Shown here: piece by piece, positions 39,283 to 47,658 of the stretch
Layout: every line of letters starts with the position of its first letter
Position numbering within the stretch: position 1 is the stretch's first letter
IMG/VR virus record: IMGVR_UViG_3300032260_000007
Span: 1-50,890 of that record
Length of the DNA: 50,890 bases
From: a virus
Lineage: Duplodnaviria > Caudoviricetes
Strand: one strand, 5' to 3'
The notes under the pieces: generated by a model
What the model was told of the DNA's origin: nothing
The model's input: the letters and a program-made list of their open reading frames with translations, nothing else
The model's database searches: none
Program-made: the position numbers and the translations under genes

Positions 39283-39495
39283 TTAACCTTTATTGTTCTG
39301 TGCTTCTTTATACCAATTCCTCAATGATTCATGAGATACGCTTATACCAGTAATATCTTTGACTTGAATTACGCAATCCATCCAGGAAATACCTTTGTTT
39401 CTAAGCTCATCAAGAAAAGGTATAAGTCCGAAACCTCTTTCCTCTATTAACTTACCATCAAGCATACTTCTAAGTCGATGTGTGTCTTGTCTCAT
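39283..39495 (-). CDS. Small HTH DNA-binding protein
   Basis: GISW...TGISVSHESLRNW. Confidence 0.7.
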   Translation of the reverse strand: MRQDTHRLRSMLDGKLIEERGFGLIPFLDELRNKGISWMDCVIQVKDITGISVSHESLRNWYKEAQNNKG

Positions 39496-39549
39496 TTAAC
39501 CTTCAAATGTTTGATTTTACTGTGAAATAAAAAAGCCGTCTAATCATAT

Positions 39550-40083
39550 TTAGTTAGAAGTGACTTAGGACTTAGTTAAGACAAGATCAATTGTTTTATC
39601 TCATTAACTATATGGATTCATTATAGTTAATGTTGCAGGTAGTCCTAAATCACTTCTAACTAACTAAGTGGGACACAGATATGGATATTAAACATGATAT
39701 TTATAGCCTTTATATCTGCATCCCACTTAGCGATCAGCAAACCGGTAGCCGTGTGACGGGATTGGTGTTACCGGTTCCTTCACCCTAGCGCCGTCACCAG
39801 AGCATTGCAAATGTTTGTTATTAGCAAGCCACATAGCGTCTCTACCAGCTTCTACACCCGCTCGATGGCCGGACACTACCCAAGGCTGGCGATGGGGCTA
39901 ACAGGTGCCTTAGCGGCTTGCTCTAATGCGTTTCAGGCTTAAGCCCTAATCAACATTGTTAGACAAGAATTGGCTGTTTCTGCTTGCCTCAAGCAACACC
40001 AATAAATAAGCAAAAAGCCCCCTGATAAACTTGACTAAGTGAAGGACGTGTTTACTTCACTAAGTAAGTTTAACCAGGGGGCT
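39550..40083 (-). ncRNA. Candidate large structured ncRNA of unknown class
   Basis: No ORF of 60 aa or more; at least eight stems, crossing pairings, and mismatches that become G-U pairs on the minus strand. Confidence 0.6.
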
Positions 40084-40177
40084 AAGTAGCAAATGGGTAA
40101 AGCTAGACGTTACCTACCTTAGCACCGCTAGCCGTACCACACAACCTACCACACAAGATTTATGTGGTGCCTGTTGG

Positions 40178-40402
40178 TTATTTGATATTGGTTTTCGCTT
40201 GCACAATAACATTACCACCGCAACCACTAAACATTGCATATACAAGTGGCGACTTTTCATCATTTACAACATCTGCATCGTCTTGCTCTAGAATCTCTAG
40301 AACAGTTCCAAAGCTTTCATCATCTACATCAATAATAATTGTTGGTACGGCGCTATCAACATTTTCAATTGCTGAAACTACCTGGTCAAAATTTACACTC
40401 AT
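40178..40402 (-). CDS. Hypothetical protein
   Basis: 74 aa ORF in operon. Confidence 0.6.
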   Translation of the reverse strand: MSVNFDQVVSAIENVDSAVPTIIIDVDDESFGTVLEILEQDDADVVNDEKSPLVYAMFSGCGGNVIVQAKTNIK

Positions 40403-40403
40403 T

Positions 40404-40718
40404 TTATTCTACGTTTCTGTCGTATTCACGACCTAGAGCTTCTTCTAACTTAATTCTACCCTCTGAATATGCACTTTGTGGTTTTTTTGGAAACTCTTTG
40501 TCTCTACCACGTTCACCACTTGCACGTTGAACTACTTCACCGTTTAAATCAGATTGAACAACAAATCTCCAACCTTTATTTAAACATAAAACATTTTGAC
40601 ATTCATAAACTGCTACGTCCATTGGGCCGCCCGTACTAGGTGATACAAGTCTTACAGACGTAATAAGGAATGTTACTTTGTCGCACACTACACATCTAGC
40701 AGCTTCGTCAAGTCTCAT
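40404..40718 (-). CDS. Zn-ribbon-like protein
   Basis: CVVC...YECQNVLC. Confidence 0.65.
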   Translation of the reverse strand: MRLDEAARCVVCDKVTFLITSVRLVSPSTGGPMDVAVYECQNVLCLNKGWRFVVQSDLNGEVVQRASGERGRDKEFPKKPQSAYSEGRIKLEEALGREYDRNVE

Positions 40719-41362
40719 TCTCCACCGGTTTCATCTAGATAGTTGACTAGAGAGAATGATTCAGACTCTACTAATTCATCATCGGACGCTATTTCATCTT
40801 GTGAATTTATAGGTGGACGTTCTTTAGGCCCAACTTTAACAAGTTCATCTATAATATCCTCAAACGGATCAGCCATAGAAACTAAGTCATGATCGACATC
40901 ATCACTAGCATCAATAGGCTTAACTGGTGCTGTAGCTCGCTGGTATTGATTTACCTGAGCACATAGATTTTCAATTTCATTTTCCAGTGCTCTTACACGA
41001 GATGTCAAACCTATTACTGCTTCTTCTAGATGAGCGGCTTTACTTAGAGAAGAACTTGATTGCCCACCTGCCCCACGTCCTCTATTAGCATTGTAGATAG
41101 CAGGTGTAGGTGGTCTTACTAACAAAAGTGTTGCTGGAATCCTACCTATTGCCGGTTCTAAAACTTCCATACAACCCATATTAATTAGTTTATTTCTTAT
41201 GGCTGTATGTAATCCCGGATTAATTCCAAGCTGACTAATTGCTTTACCAAAAGCCTGTTTAAAGATTGGCCTACGCAATTCATCTAGCTCATGCTCTTGT
41301 TCCAATATTGCATAAACTGCTTGGCAGTTCTTGAATATCTTTAAGTTTGCAATGTCTGGCAT
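40715..41362 (-). CDS. Putative winged-helix plus coiled-coil protein
   Basis: IRNKLINMGCMEVL...LVRPPT; coil; acidic tail. Confidence 0.6.
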   Translation of the reverse strand: MPDIANLKIFKNCQAVYAILEQEHELDELRRPIFKQAFGKAISQLGINPGLHTAIRNKLINMGCMEVLEPAIGRIPATLLLVRPPTPAIYNANRGRGAGGQSSSSLSKAAHLEEAVIGLTSRVRALENEIENLCAQVNQYQRATAPVKPIDASDDVDHDLVSMADPFEDIIDELVKVGPKERPPINSQDEIASDDELVESESFSLVNYLDETGGE

Positions 41363-41380
41363 TTACCCAATACCACTTTC

Positions 41381-41932
41381 TTAAGCTGATTTGCGAATTT
41401 CGTTGGCTAGTGCATGAGCGGCCTTAGTAAGAGATCGCAAACGAGATTCGGTTTGCTGAACCTTGCGCTGTACTCGTTCTGCTTTCCTTGATGCTAGCTT
41501 CTCATCTAGACTAAGAATCCACCTAAGACCATCCTTGATAGACACTAGCTTGCGGCCATCAGTGTGAACAATGGATGGGAAGTCTGACTTATCATTTGAA
41601 ATTGCGTTATAAATTGTTTGTGAAGTGATCGTATGATTAAAGGGTTCGTGTGACTCATCATCACTATCAGCATAGTAATTGACCCTAACCACAAAGTCTG
41701 CGATGGTTTCCGCACCTTCTGGGACAGGATGCTTAATTACCGGACCCGGCTTGCGACCACGACGCCGTGGGGCTGGCTCTGACTCATTGCCATCATCATC
41801 ATCAACGTCAATATCTTCGTCATCGGCATCTTCATCATCAAAGTCGGCATCATCGACTTCCTCAAAGTCTTCGACTTCTTCCTCATAATCTTCAGCATCA
41901 TCCTCAAAATCGTATGTTTCTACATCGCTCAT
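41381..41932 (-). CDS. DNA-binding protein: acidic N-terminus, AT-hook-like motif, Xis-like HTH
   Basis: RRRGRKPGP; QTIYNAI..FP...DGRKLV...LRW; GAGGA SD. Confidence 0.65.
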   Translation of the reverse strand: MSDVETYDFEDDAEDYEEEVEDFEEVDDADFDDEDADDEDIDVDDDDGNESEPAPRRRGRKPGPVIKHPVPEGAETIADFVVRVNYYADSDDESHEPFNHTITSQTIYNAISNDKSDFPSIVHTDGRKLVSIKDGLRWILSLDEKLASRKAERVQRKVQQTESRLRSLTKAAHALANEIRKSA

Positions 41933-42022
41933 AGCTTTATCCTCTTGTTGTTACTAGTGCTAGATACTCTACCGTATCAGTTTGTGGATCTGGAACCAAC
42001 CTGGCACCAGAATTTTTAGTTG

Positions 42023-42451
42023 TTAATTTAGAACCGCCTTAGCAATAGGATCACTAAGCTCACCACTGCCAAGGATCGTTGGGTTTATCAACCTTACATG
42101 ATACATTATTACATGGTACTGAGATGAAAAATTTAAATGTATCTCTCTTAGCATACCTAAAGTGGTCAAATACTCATTAACAATCTTAAGTGTTAAGTCT
42201 AGGTCTAAATCACAAATCCCTAACTTAAACTGGCGTATATGCCGCATTAAAGATTCAATATAACTAAAAAACCCATCAAGATGAATAACAACTTCTTCTG
42301 TAAAAGGTTCTAGATTGTAGCCTTCAAATAGTTCAGCTATTGATGGGTGCTCTAACTTTACATCTATTTGTGTAAACATTGCAGCACGTTTTAGAACATT
42401 AAATGTATCTGCTAGATCTTGGCACGAATTCAAGCATAAATTTAACATCAT
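42023..42451 (-). CDS. Hypothetical protein
   Basis: 142 aa ORF; first gene after the leftward promoter. Confidence 0.55.
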   Translation of the reverse strand: MMLNLCLNSCQDLADTFNVLKRAAMFTQIDVKLEHPSIAELFEGYNLEPFTEEVVIHLDGFFSYIESLMRHIRQFKLGICDLDLDLTLKIVNEYLTTLGMLREIHLNFSSQYHVIMYHVRLINPTILGSGELSDPIAKAVLN

Positions 42452-42521
42452 TTTAGCTTGCCATTCTCCAAGATCAGTTGTTGGTAGTTTAATTTTCGCT
42501 CCTTAGTGTCGGTATGATTGT

Positions 42522-42550
42522 AATCTAGCTCAGTACAACTAGAAATGCAA
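42522..42550 (-). promoter_or_regulatory. Leftward promoter of the divergent pair
   Basis: TTGCAT-N17-TAGATT. Confidence 0.6.
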
Positions 42551-42608
42551 CTTACAAAATAGAAAATCCATAATACGTTGGCAAATTAAAGATTCCGTCA
42601 AAAATTTG

Positions 42609-42637
42609 TTGACAGCTAGTCGATCTTGTGATAGTAT
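42609..42637 (+). promoter_or_regulatory. Rightward promoter (DNA polymerase operon)
   Basis: TTGACA-N17-TAGTAT with extended TGn. Confidence 0.8.
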
Positions 42638-42666
42638 GGTTTAAGTTTTAAGGGAAAGGCTTAAAG

Positions 42667-43053
42667 ATGCTAGATAAAATTTCTAGATTCATTATGGCTG
42701 TAGTTAGGGTCCATGTGTTCGTATTGGTTACAATACTTTACATCATTTACCGTTTGCTACATTTAATGTTCGGTCATCGTGTAGAGAAACCTATAGATAG
42801 CACACAAGATAATGTGTATGAATTTAAACCAAAGGCAGTTTCTACGGATAATATCGATAGGCTTGATGACTTAGATAAATATGAGAGAGCAATATTCAGG
42901 TTATTTGACCAAGCTGTTAAACAAGACCACACAATGGCCTACAATATGGTTGGCGATATGCATCAAGCATATATCGATGGTAATGTTGATGAGGCTGTAG
43001 ATATTGGGATGCAACTGAAAGATATTTTGTTTCCTCAAGATGTGACGGCCTAA
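42667..43053 (+). CDS. Membrane-anchored hypothetical protein
   Basis: N-terminal hydrophobic segment. Confidence 0.6.
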   Translation: MLDKISRFIMAVVRVHVFVLVTILYIIYRLLHLMFGHRVEKPIDSTQDNVYEFKPKAVSTDNIDRLDDLDKYERAIFRLFDQAVKQDHTMAYNMVGDMHQAYIDGNVDEAVDIGMQLKDILFPQDVTA

Positions 43054-43295
43054 TGGTCTATCGACAGTCCACACAAACATGGGTCAATTCAGTAACATTA
43101 TACGCTATAAATGCATTGGATCTACAATTGTATGATATAGCTGTAGACTACATCAAACTTTTAAGTTGGTATAAGCGGACGTATAACCTGATGCCACACA
43201 ACCAATTAGTTAAATCTCTATTTGATTGTATGGCCGATCATAAAGACGAACTAACAAAAATCAATAAGCAAAAGGGTAAATTATGGCAGACATGA
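43053..43295 (+). CDS. Hypothetical protein
   Basis: TAATG-coupled 80 aa ORF. Confidence 0.55.
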   Translation: MVYRQSTQTWVNSVTLYAINALDLQLYDIAVDYIKLLSWYKRTYNLMPHNQLVKSLFDCMADHKDELTKINKQKGKLWQT

Positions 43296-43906
43296 CTAAT
43301 ATTTGGATGATGCGGATTCTTACAGATGGCCTTGATGTGAACACAGAGCACATTTTTAGTGTCGGTCTATGTAATATGGCCAACATTAAAATGGGATTGC
43401 TGGCTACTCGTGGCCAAGACTATGCAATTGAACATACTCCATTTGACGATGGTTTTAGTCTAACTAGATGTCACTACAACTTAAACAATGCTCAACTAAA
43501 AGAGGAAGTAGCCAGATACATACATCAAATTATAGTTAGTAAGCCTAACCCTATAATCTTACTAGATGAGACGTTAATATCTGGACTTAGAAGCTTTGCT
43601 ATTAAAGATTATAAATGGTGGGACTATACCAGACCTAGTAAATCTGCTAATCCCGAGTATTGGTGGCGCTTATCACATGAAATAACGGTAATTTCTCCAA
43701 CACTTCTTGCTAAGGCTATCTGCCTAGTTTCAGGAATCGCTAACGCTGATCTAAATAGATTTGTCCCCGCCCATAGACAATTTGTCCCCACCCATGGCTG
43801 TACAACGGCTTTAAGCGCCGTGCAAGAGGATGCTCTTAGTTTTATGGAGCTTCTTAACGTGCATTGTATAAGCCTTAGCACGTTAGCATCACTTACACAT
43901 GACTAA
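43283..43906 (+). CDS. Possible inactive DEDDh exonuclease-like protein
   Basis: RILTDGLD...IFSVG resembles DxETTGLD..IIxIG; C-terminal TALSAV. Confidence 0.45.
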   Translation: MADMTNIWMMRILTDGLDVNTEHIFSVGLCNMANIKMGLLATRGQDYAIEHTPFDDGFSLTRCHYNLNNAQLKEEVARYIHQIIVSKPNPIILLDETLISGLRSFAIKDYKWWDYTRPSKSANPEYWWRLSHEITVISPTLLAKAICLVSGIANADLNRFVPAHRQFVPTHGCTTALSAVQEDALSFMELLNVHCISLSTLASLTHD

Positions 43907-46256
43907 TAGACACCCATTAGCAAACTGTTCTGAATGTCCATGGAACGTACCACAAGCTGGCTATGCACCAGTTGCCGGGCCAGAAGATGCACCTATTCTA
44001 CTCATTGGAGAATCACCTGGTAGGGGTGAAAAAGGAGTACCCTTTAAAGGTCCGGTTGGCTATGTGGTTAACCTTGTTTTAGGCAGAAATAAAATAGCCG
44101 CTAATAAGGTGAGAATGACTAATGTTGTGGCTTGTCATCCGCCGCATGAATTCGGTGAAGAATCAGATGCGCCACCGGCAGAAGTCATTGCATGTTGTAA
44201 GCCTAGATTGGAAGAAGAATTAAAAGGCCGTACTGCTATTGTTGGTATGGGCAATATAGCTAATAAAGCTATCCAAGATAAGACTGAAGGCATTACTAAG
44301 GCTAGGAAACGAGCACCAAGCAAGCTACCACAAGACCATAGGCTCGCCGGTACAATTTATGTGGCGACTGTAAATCCTGGTGCATGTATAAGAACGCCAG
44401 ACTATTTTAAGTCATTCAATGACGACATAATCAAGCTCAAACGTGCTTTAACACCAAATAACATCTATACCAGGTGGGAACCTACAAGATACGCCGTAGC
44501 TGATGATGAGGTAACAGCCAATAAGGTTCTTGAATCTATTTACCGTAATGCAGAGATGCTATCGCTGGATATTGAGTGTGGGGTCGATAAGGACGTCAAC
44601 CTTGCACATCCTGATGAGCTTCTATGTATTGGTATAAGCTATGAAGAAAACAAATCTTTTGTTATTGGTGAGCAAGCACTTAAATTTCAGTCTGTACGTG
44701 ACTGGCTATCAAGGATTCTTAATAAGCTTAAGATCATATGCCACAATGGTAAATATGATCTACAAGTATTGATGCGTTTTGGTGGGTTTAAGTTTAGGCC
44801 AAGACTTTACGCCGATACTATGATTGCCAATTATTGCATGGACGAAAGGCCGGGGCACCATGATCTGGAAAGTGTGGCATCCCAAAATTTAGGTACCCCT
44901 AGCTGGAAAGCAGAATTAGAGAAGTACCTAGATAAAGGTGATTCATATGCTGTTATTCCTAGAGATGTCTTATATCGGTATAACGCCTATGATGCTGCTG
45001 AAACCTTCAAGTTGTGGAGATTCCTAGAGAAAAAGCTTACGCCTAAGTTACGTGCTTTGCATGATAGGTTAATGTTGGTTTCTGATGCTTTAACATATGT
45101 AGAGCTAGATGGTATTCTTGTGGATGATGTCAAATTAGCCGAACTAGCTGAAGAATATGAAGCAATACTAGCTGATTTAGAAGAAGGTTTAAGCCGTTGG
45201 GTTGATAATCCAAATAGCGTTAAGCAAGTTGTAGAAGCGCTAGACGCTCTTGATTTGGATAATGAAACCACCGCTAAAAGGCATCTGAATATGTTACTTA
45301 GAGATGTCGAAGAAGGTACAGAAGCTTGGTATTTTCTGACTCTTATATTGCATCAAAGACTACATCAAAAGGTCTACGGAACCTATATTAAAGGCAATCA
45401 AAAACGATTAATAAACAGACATTTGCATCCTTCATTCTTTATACATGGCACCGTATCAGGCAGGTTAGCTTGCCGTAATCCGAATCTACAGAACCAACCT
45501 AGACAAGGTGTTAAGGATATATTTATTCCCAAGCCTGGCCACATATTTGTTCAATGCGACTACTCACAAGTTGAGCTAAGAGTTATAGCTTGTGAAGCTC
45601 AAGACAAGTATTTACAACTGGTTTTTAGAGACCCTAATAGAGACATACACGGCGAAGTGTCAAACACTCTATTCGGTGAAGGTAAATGGGATAGCGAAGG
45701 TCGAGTTAGGGCTAAGAGCTACGTATTCGGGTCTATATATGGTCTTAGTCCCTACAGTATTAGTCTAGATTTTGGTATACCTGAGCTTAAAGCCAGACGT
45801 GAACAGAACGCATTCTTTAGGATGATTCCAGACACAATGAAATGGCGACGTAAAGTTGTATCTGATTTGATGGCTAATGGCCAGATACCAGAGACGTTTT
45901 TCGGTCGTCAACGTAGATTGCGACTTATTACTAAAGAAACTGAAAAGAAATTAGCTAAAGAAGTGTTAGCATTTTATCCGCAAAGCACAGCTAACGATAT
46001 ATGTATGGATGCAATGAACAATATATCTAAAGCTTTTGAAGATACAAGCGCACGTCTTAGGGTTCCAGTCCATGATTCTATAACTGTTGAATGTCCGATT
46101 GAAGATGCTAAGGAGGTAGGCCAAATAATGAGACGTATAATGGAACAAACTGCAACAAACACATACTCTGATTATGTTCCATTTGAAGCTAAAGCTGAAT
46201 ATGGATTTACACTAGGTCAACTTGGAGAAGTTAAAGAAGACTCATTGCCAAGTTAA
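43899..46256 (+). CDS. polA: Family A DNA polymerase with N-terminal UDG-like domain and 3'-5' exonuclease
   Basis: CSECP/IGESPG/NVVACHPP (UDG); LDIE, HNGKYD, YNAYD (exonuclease); DYSQVELR, KSYVFGSIYG, VHDS (polymerase). Confidence 0.95.
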   Translation: MTNRHPLANCSECPWNVPQAGYAPVAGPEDAPILLIGESPGRGEKGVPFKGPVGYVVNLVLGRNKIAANKVRMTNVVACHPPHEFGEESDAPPAEVIACCKPRLEEELKGRTAIVGMGNIANKAIQDKTEGITKARKRAPSKLPQDHRLAGTIYVATVNPGACIRTPDYFKSFNDDIIKLKRALTPNNIYTRWEPTRYAVADDEVTANKVLESIYRNAEMLSLDIECGVDKDVNLAHPDELLCIGISYEENKSFVIGEQALKFQSVRDWLSRILNKLKIICHNGKYDLQVLMRFGGFKFRPRLYADTMIANYCMDERPGHHDLESVASQNLGTPSWKAELEKYLDKGDSYAVIPRDVLYRYNAYDAAETFKLWRFLEKKLTPKLRALHDRLMLVSDALTYVELDGILVDDVKLAELAEEYEAILADLEEGLSRWVDNPNSVKQVVEALDALDLDNETTAKRHLNMLLRDVEEGTEAWYFLTLILHQRLHQKVYGTYIKGNQKRLINRHLHPSFFIHGTVSGRLACRNPNLQNQPRQGVKDIFIPKPGHIFVQCDYSQVELRVIACEAQDKYLQLVFRDPNRDIHGEVSNTLFGEGKWDSEGRVRAKSYVFGSIYGLSPYSISLDFGIPELKARREQNAFFRMIPDTMKWRRKVVSDLMANGQIPETFFGRQRRLRLITKETEKKLAKEVLAFYPQSTANDICMDAMNNISKAFEDTSARLRVPVHDSITVECPIEDAKEVGQIMRRIMEQTATNTYSDYVPFEAKAEYGFTLGQLGEVKEDSLPS

Positions 46257-46283
46257 ATAAAGCTAAAATAACTGAATAATTTT

Positions 46284-46319
46284 AAAGGCTCTACAAAGAC
46301 ATTTTTGTAGGGTCTTTTT
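46284..46319 (+). terminator. Intrinsic terminator after polA
   Basis: AAAGGCTCTACAAA/TTTGTAGGGTCTTT stem plus T-run. Confidence 0.75.
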
Positions 46320-46326
46320 AATGCGC

Positions 46327-46398
46327 TTTTTTAAAGGCTTTTTTAAAGGGAATTTTAAAGACAATTTCAAAGGGAATTTCAAAGATAATTTAAAAGAG
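46327..46398. repeat. Six tandem 12-bp AT-rich repeats
   Basis: ttttttaaaggc, ttttttaaaggg, aattttaaagac, aatttcaaaggg, aatttcaaagat, aatttaaaagag. Confidence 0.8.
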
Positions 46399-46407
46399 CT
46401 TTAAAAA

Positions 46408-46493
46408 ATGTGAAATTTTTGCAATGAATTACGCCACAATGGACTATATTTACCACCAAAAATGTGAAATTTATGGGGTTTTTTACGCCACAA
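46408..46493. repeat. Two copies of ATGTGAAATTT-N13-CGCCACAA
   Basis: 46408-46439 and 46462-46493; further copies at 26559 and 29857. Confidence 0.8.
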
Positions 46494-46593
46494 TCCCAAC
46501 CATGAGTTAGAATGTTGGTAACTGCTTGCACCTTTATTTGATGTATAGAAGTGAAAAAGTATTGGTTTTATTTGATGAATTGAAAAAATGTTT

Positions 46594-46622
46594 TTGACAT
46601 CAAATCAGATCTGTGCTAAGAT
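46594..46622 (+). promoter_or_regulatory. Sigma70-type promoter, leaderless
   Basis: TTGACA-N17-TAAGAT with extended TGn; ATG 46629 is 7 nt downstream. Confidence 0.8.
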
Positions 46623-46628
46623 GTCAAT

Positions 46629-47564
46629 ATGACTTATGTACTAAGTGAAGTATTTAGTAATAGCGAACAACAAATAGCAGTTATATTTATAGATGATAAT
46701 AATCAGTCACACTTAACACCTATTTGTGAATACATAAAGGGTAATACAGAAATAGTTACCGACTATAAAGATAGAGCCGGTTGGGTATGCAAATGTATTA
46801 AGATAGATTTACCAACTATTTATAGTGCTGGCATAAATACAGATCCACCTAATACAAATAAATCCACACAATCAGCCACAACTAATAAAGATAAACCAGA
46901 ATGGCCTAGCGATTTACCACCTAAATCTCTATTAGAACAAGACATAGATAAATGGCTATTAGCTACCGATAGGAAACTAGAACCTAGTGATATTGTCGCT
47001 ATACCCAAATTGAAAGTAATTGCTCGTAAATGGGCTATGGATAAAGCTAATCAAACTAATAGCTTTATTATTTCAATTGCTAACGCATCGGCACGGTATG
47101 CAATTACCCCTGGTCAAGCCAAAGGTATCTTAAACTATTGGCGCGCATCACTAAACCTAAATAGAGATAGCGATATACCATCACCAGATACAACGCCAAT
47201 AGGTGACGAAGGTTTAGATCTATCTGCCTTGCATGAGGGTAGCTATGGTGTACCAGGCACGGATAGCAGGCTTAAGATTAGAATAAATAAGCCGACTAGG
47301 GGTAAATGGTCTGGATATGTGTTCGTGCAAGATTGTGCTACGTATGGGAGTCAACGTAGGTACGGAATTCAGCGACCTAACGCTCTATATACTGGCGATA
47401 TACAGAATGAACTCCAACTAATCCTAGATAACCCATCACTAGCGCTTAAGAAATATGCACAACTAACAGGTAATTGTGGCATATGTAGGCGACCGTTGGA
47501 AGATGCCGAATCACTAGACCGTGGTATAGGTCCTATTTGTGCAAGTAGATTAGATGGCCTATAG
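46629..47564 (+). CDS. DUF6011-type Zn-finger-containing protein
   Basis: C-terminal CGICRRPLEDAESLDRGIGPICA. Confidence 0.8.
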   Translation: MTYVLSEVFSNSEQQIAVIFIDDNNQSHLTPICEYIKGNTEIVTDYKDRAGWVCKCIKIDLPTIYSAGINTDPPNTNKSTQSATTNKDKPEWPSDLPPKSLLEQDIDKWLLATDRKLEPSDIVAIPKLKVIARKWAMDKANQTNSFIISIANASARYAITPGQAKGILNYWRASLNLNRDSDIPSPDTTPIGDEGLDLSALHEGSYGVPGTDSRLKIRINKPTRGKWSGYVFVQDCATYGSQRRYGIQRPNALYTGDIQNELQLILDNPSLALKKYAQLTGNCGICRRPLEDAESLDRGIGPICASRLDGL

Positions 47565-47582
47565 CTAAATAGATATTACAAG

Positions 47583-47611
47583 TAGCAAATATTATAAATC
47601 TTTGATATACT
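47583..47611 (+). promoter_or_regulatory. Promoter of the rightward early block
   Basis: TAGCAA-N17-TATACT with extended TGn. Confidence 0.6.
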
Positions 47612-47658
47612 CATAGTAAGAATATATAAATATCACCTAGTGAAGGGGTAAGAGATAG

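Noticed and set aside
39730-40010. Group I intron, tmRNA or RNase P identity for the structured RNA
   Set aside because: A GUAGAGAC-like stretch is present on the minus strand, but I found no matching S/P7 partner, no interrupted flanking gene, no tRNA-like CCA end and no GAGGAAAGUCC.
42452-42666. Lysogeny switch at the divergent promoters
   Set aside because: The flanking genes are not repressor-like, and no integrase or ParA gene was recognised.
46327-46493. CRISPR mini-array
   Set aside because: The repeats are degenerate 12-mers without spacers, or bipartite motifs; the Cas4-like nuclease sits in an ordinary recombination module.
2829-47008. Numerous antisense or alternate-frame ORFs (for example 7086-7385, 14662-15150, 24078-24470, 41679-41888)
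   Set aside because: They are shadows of well-supported genes on the opposite strand or frame.
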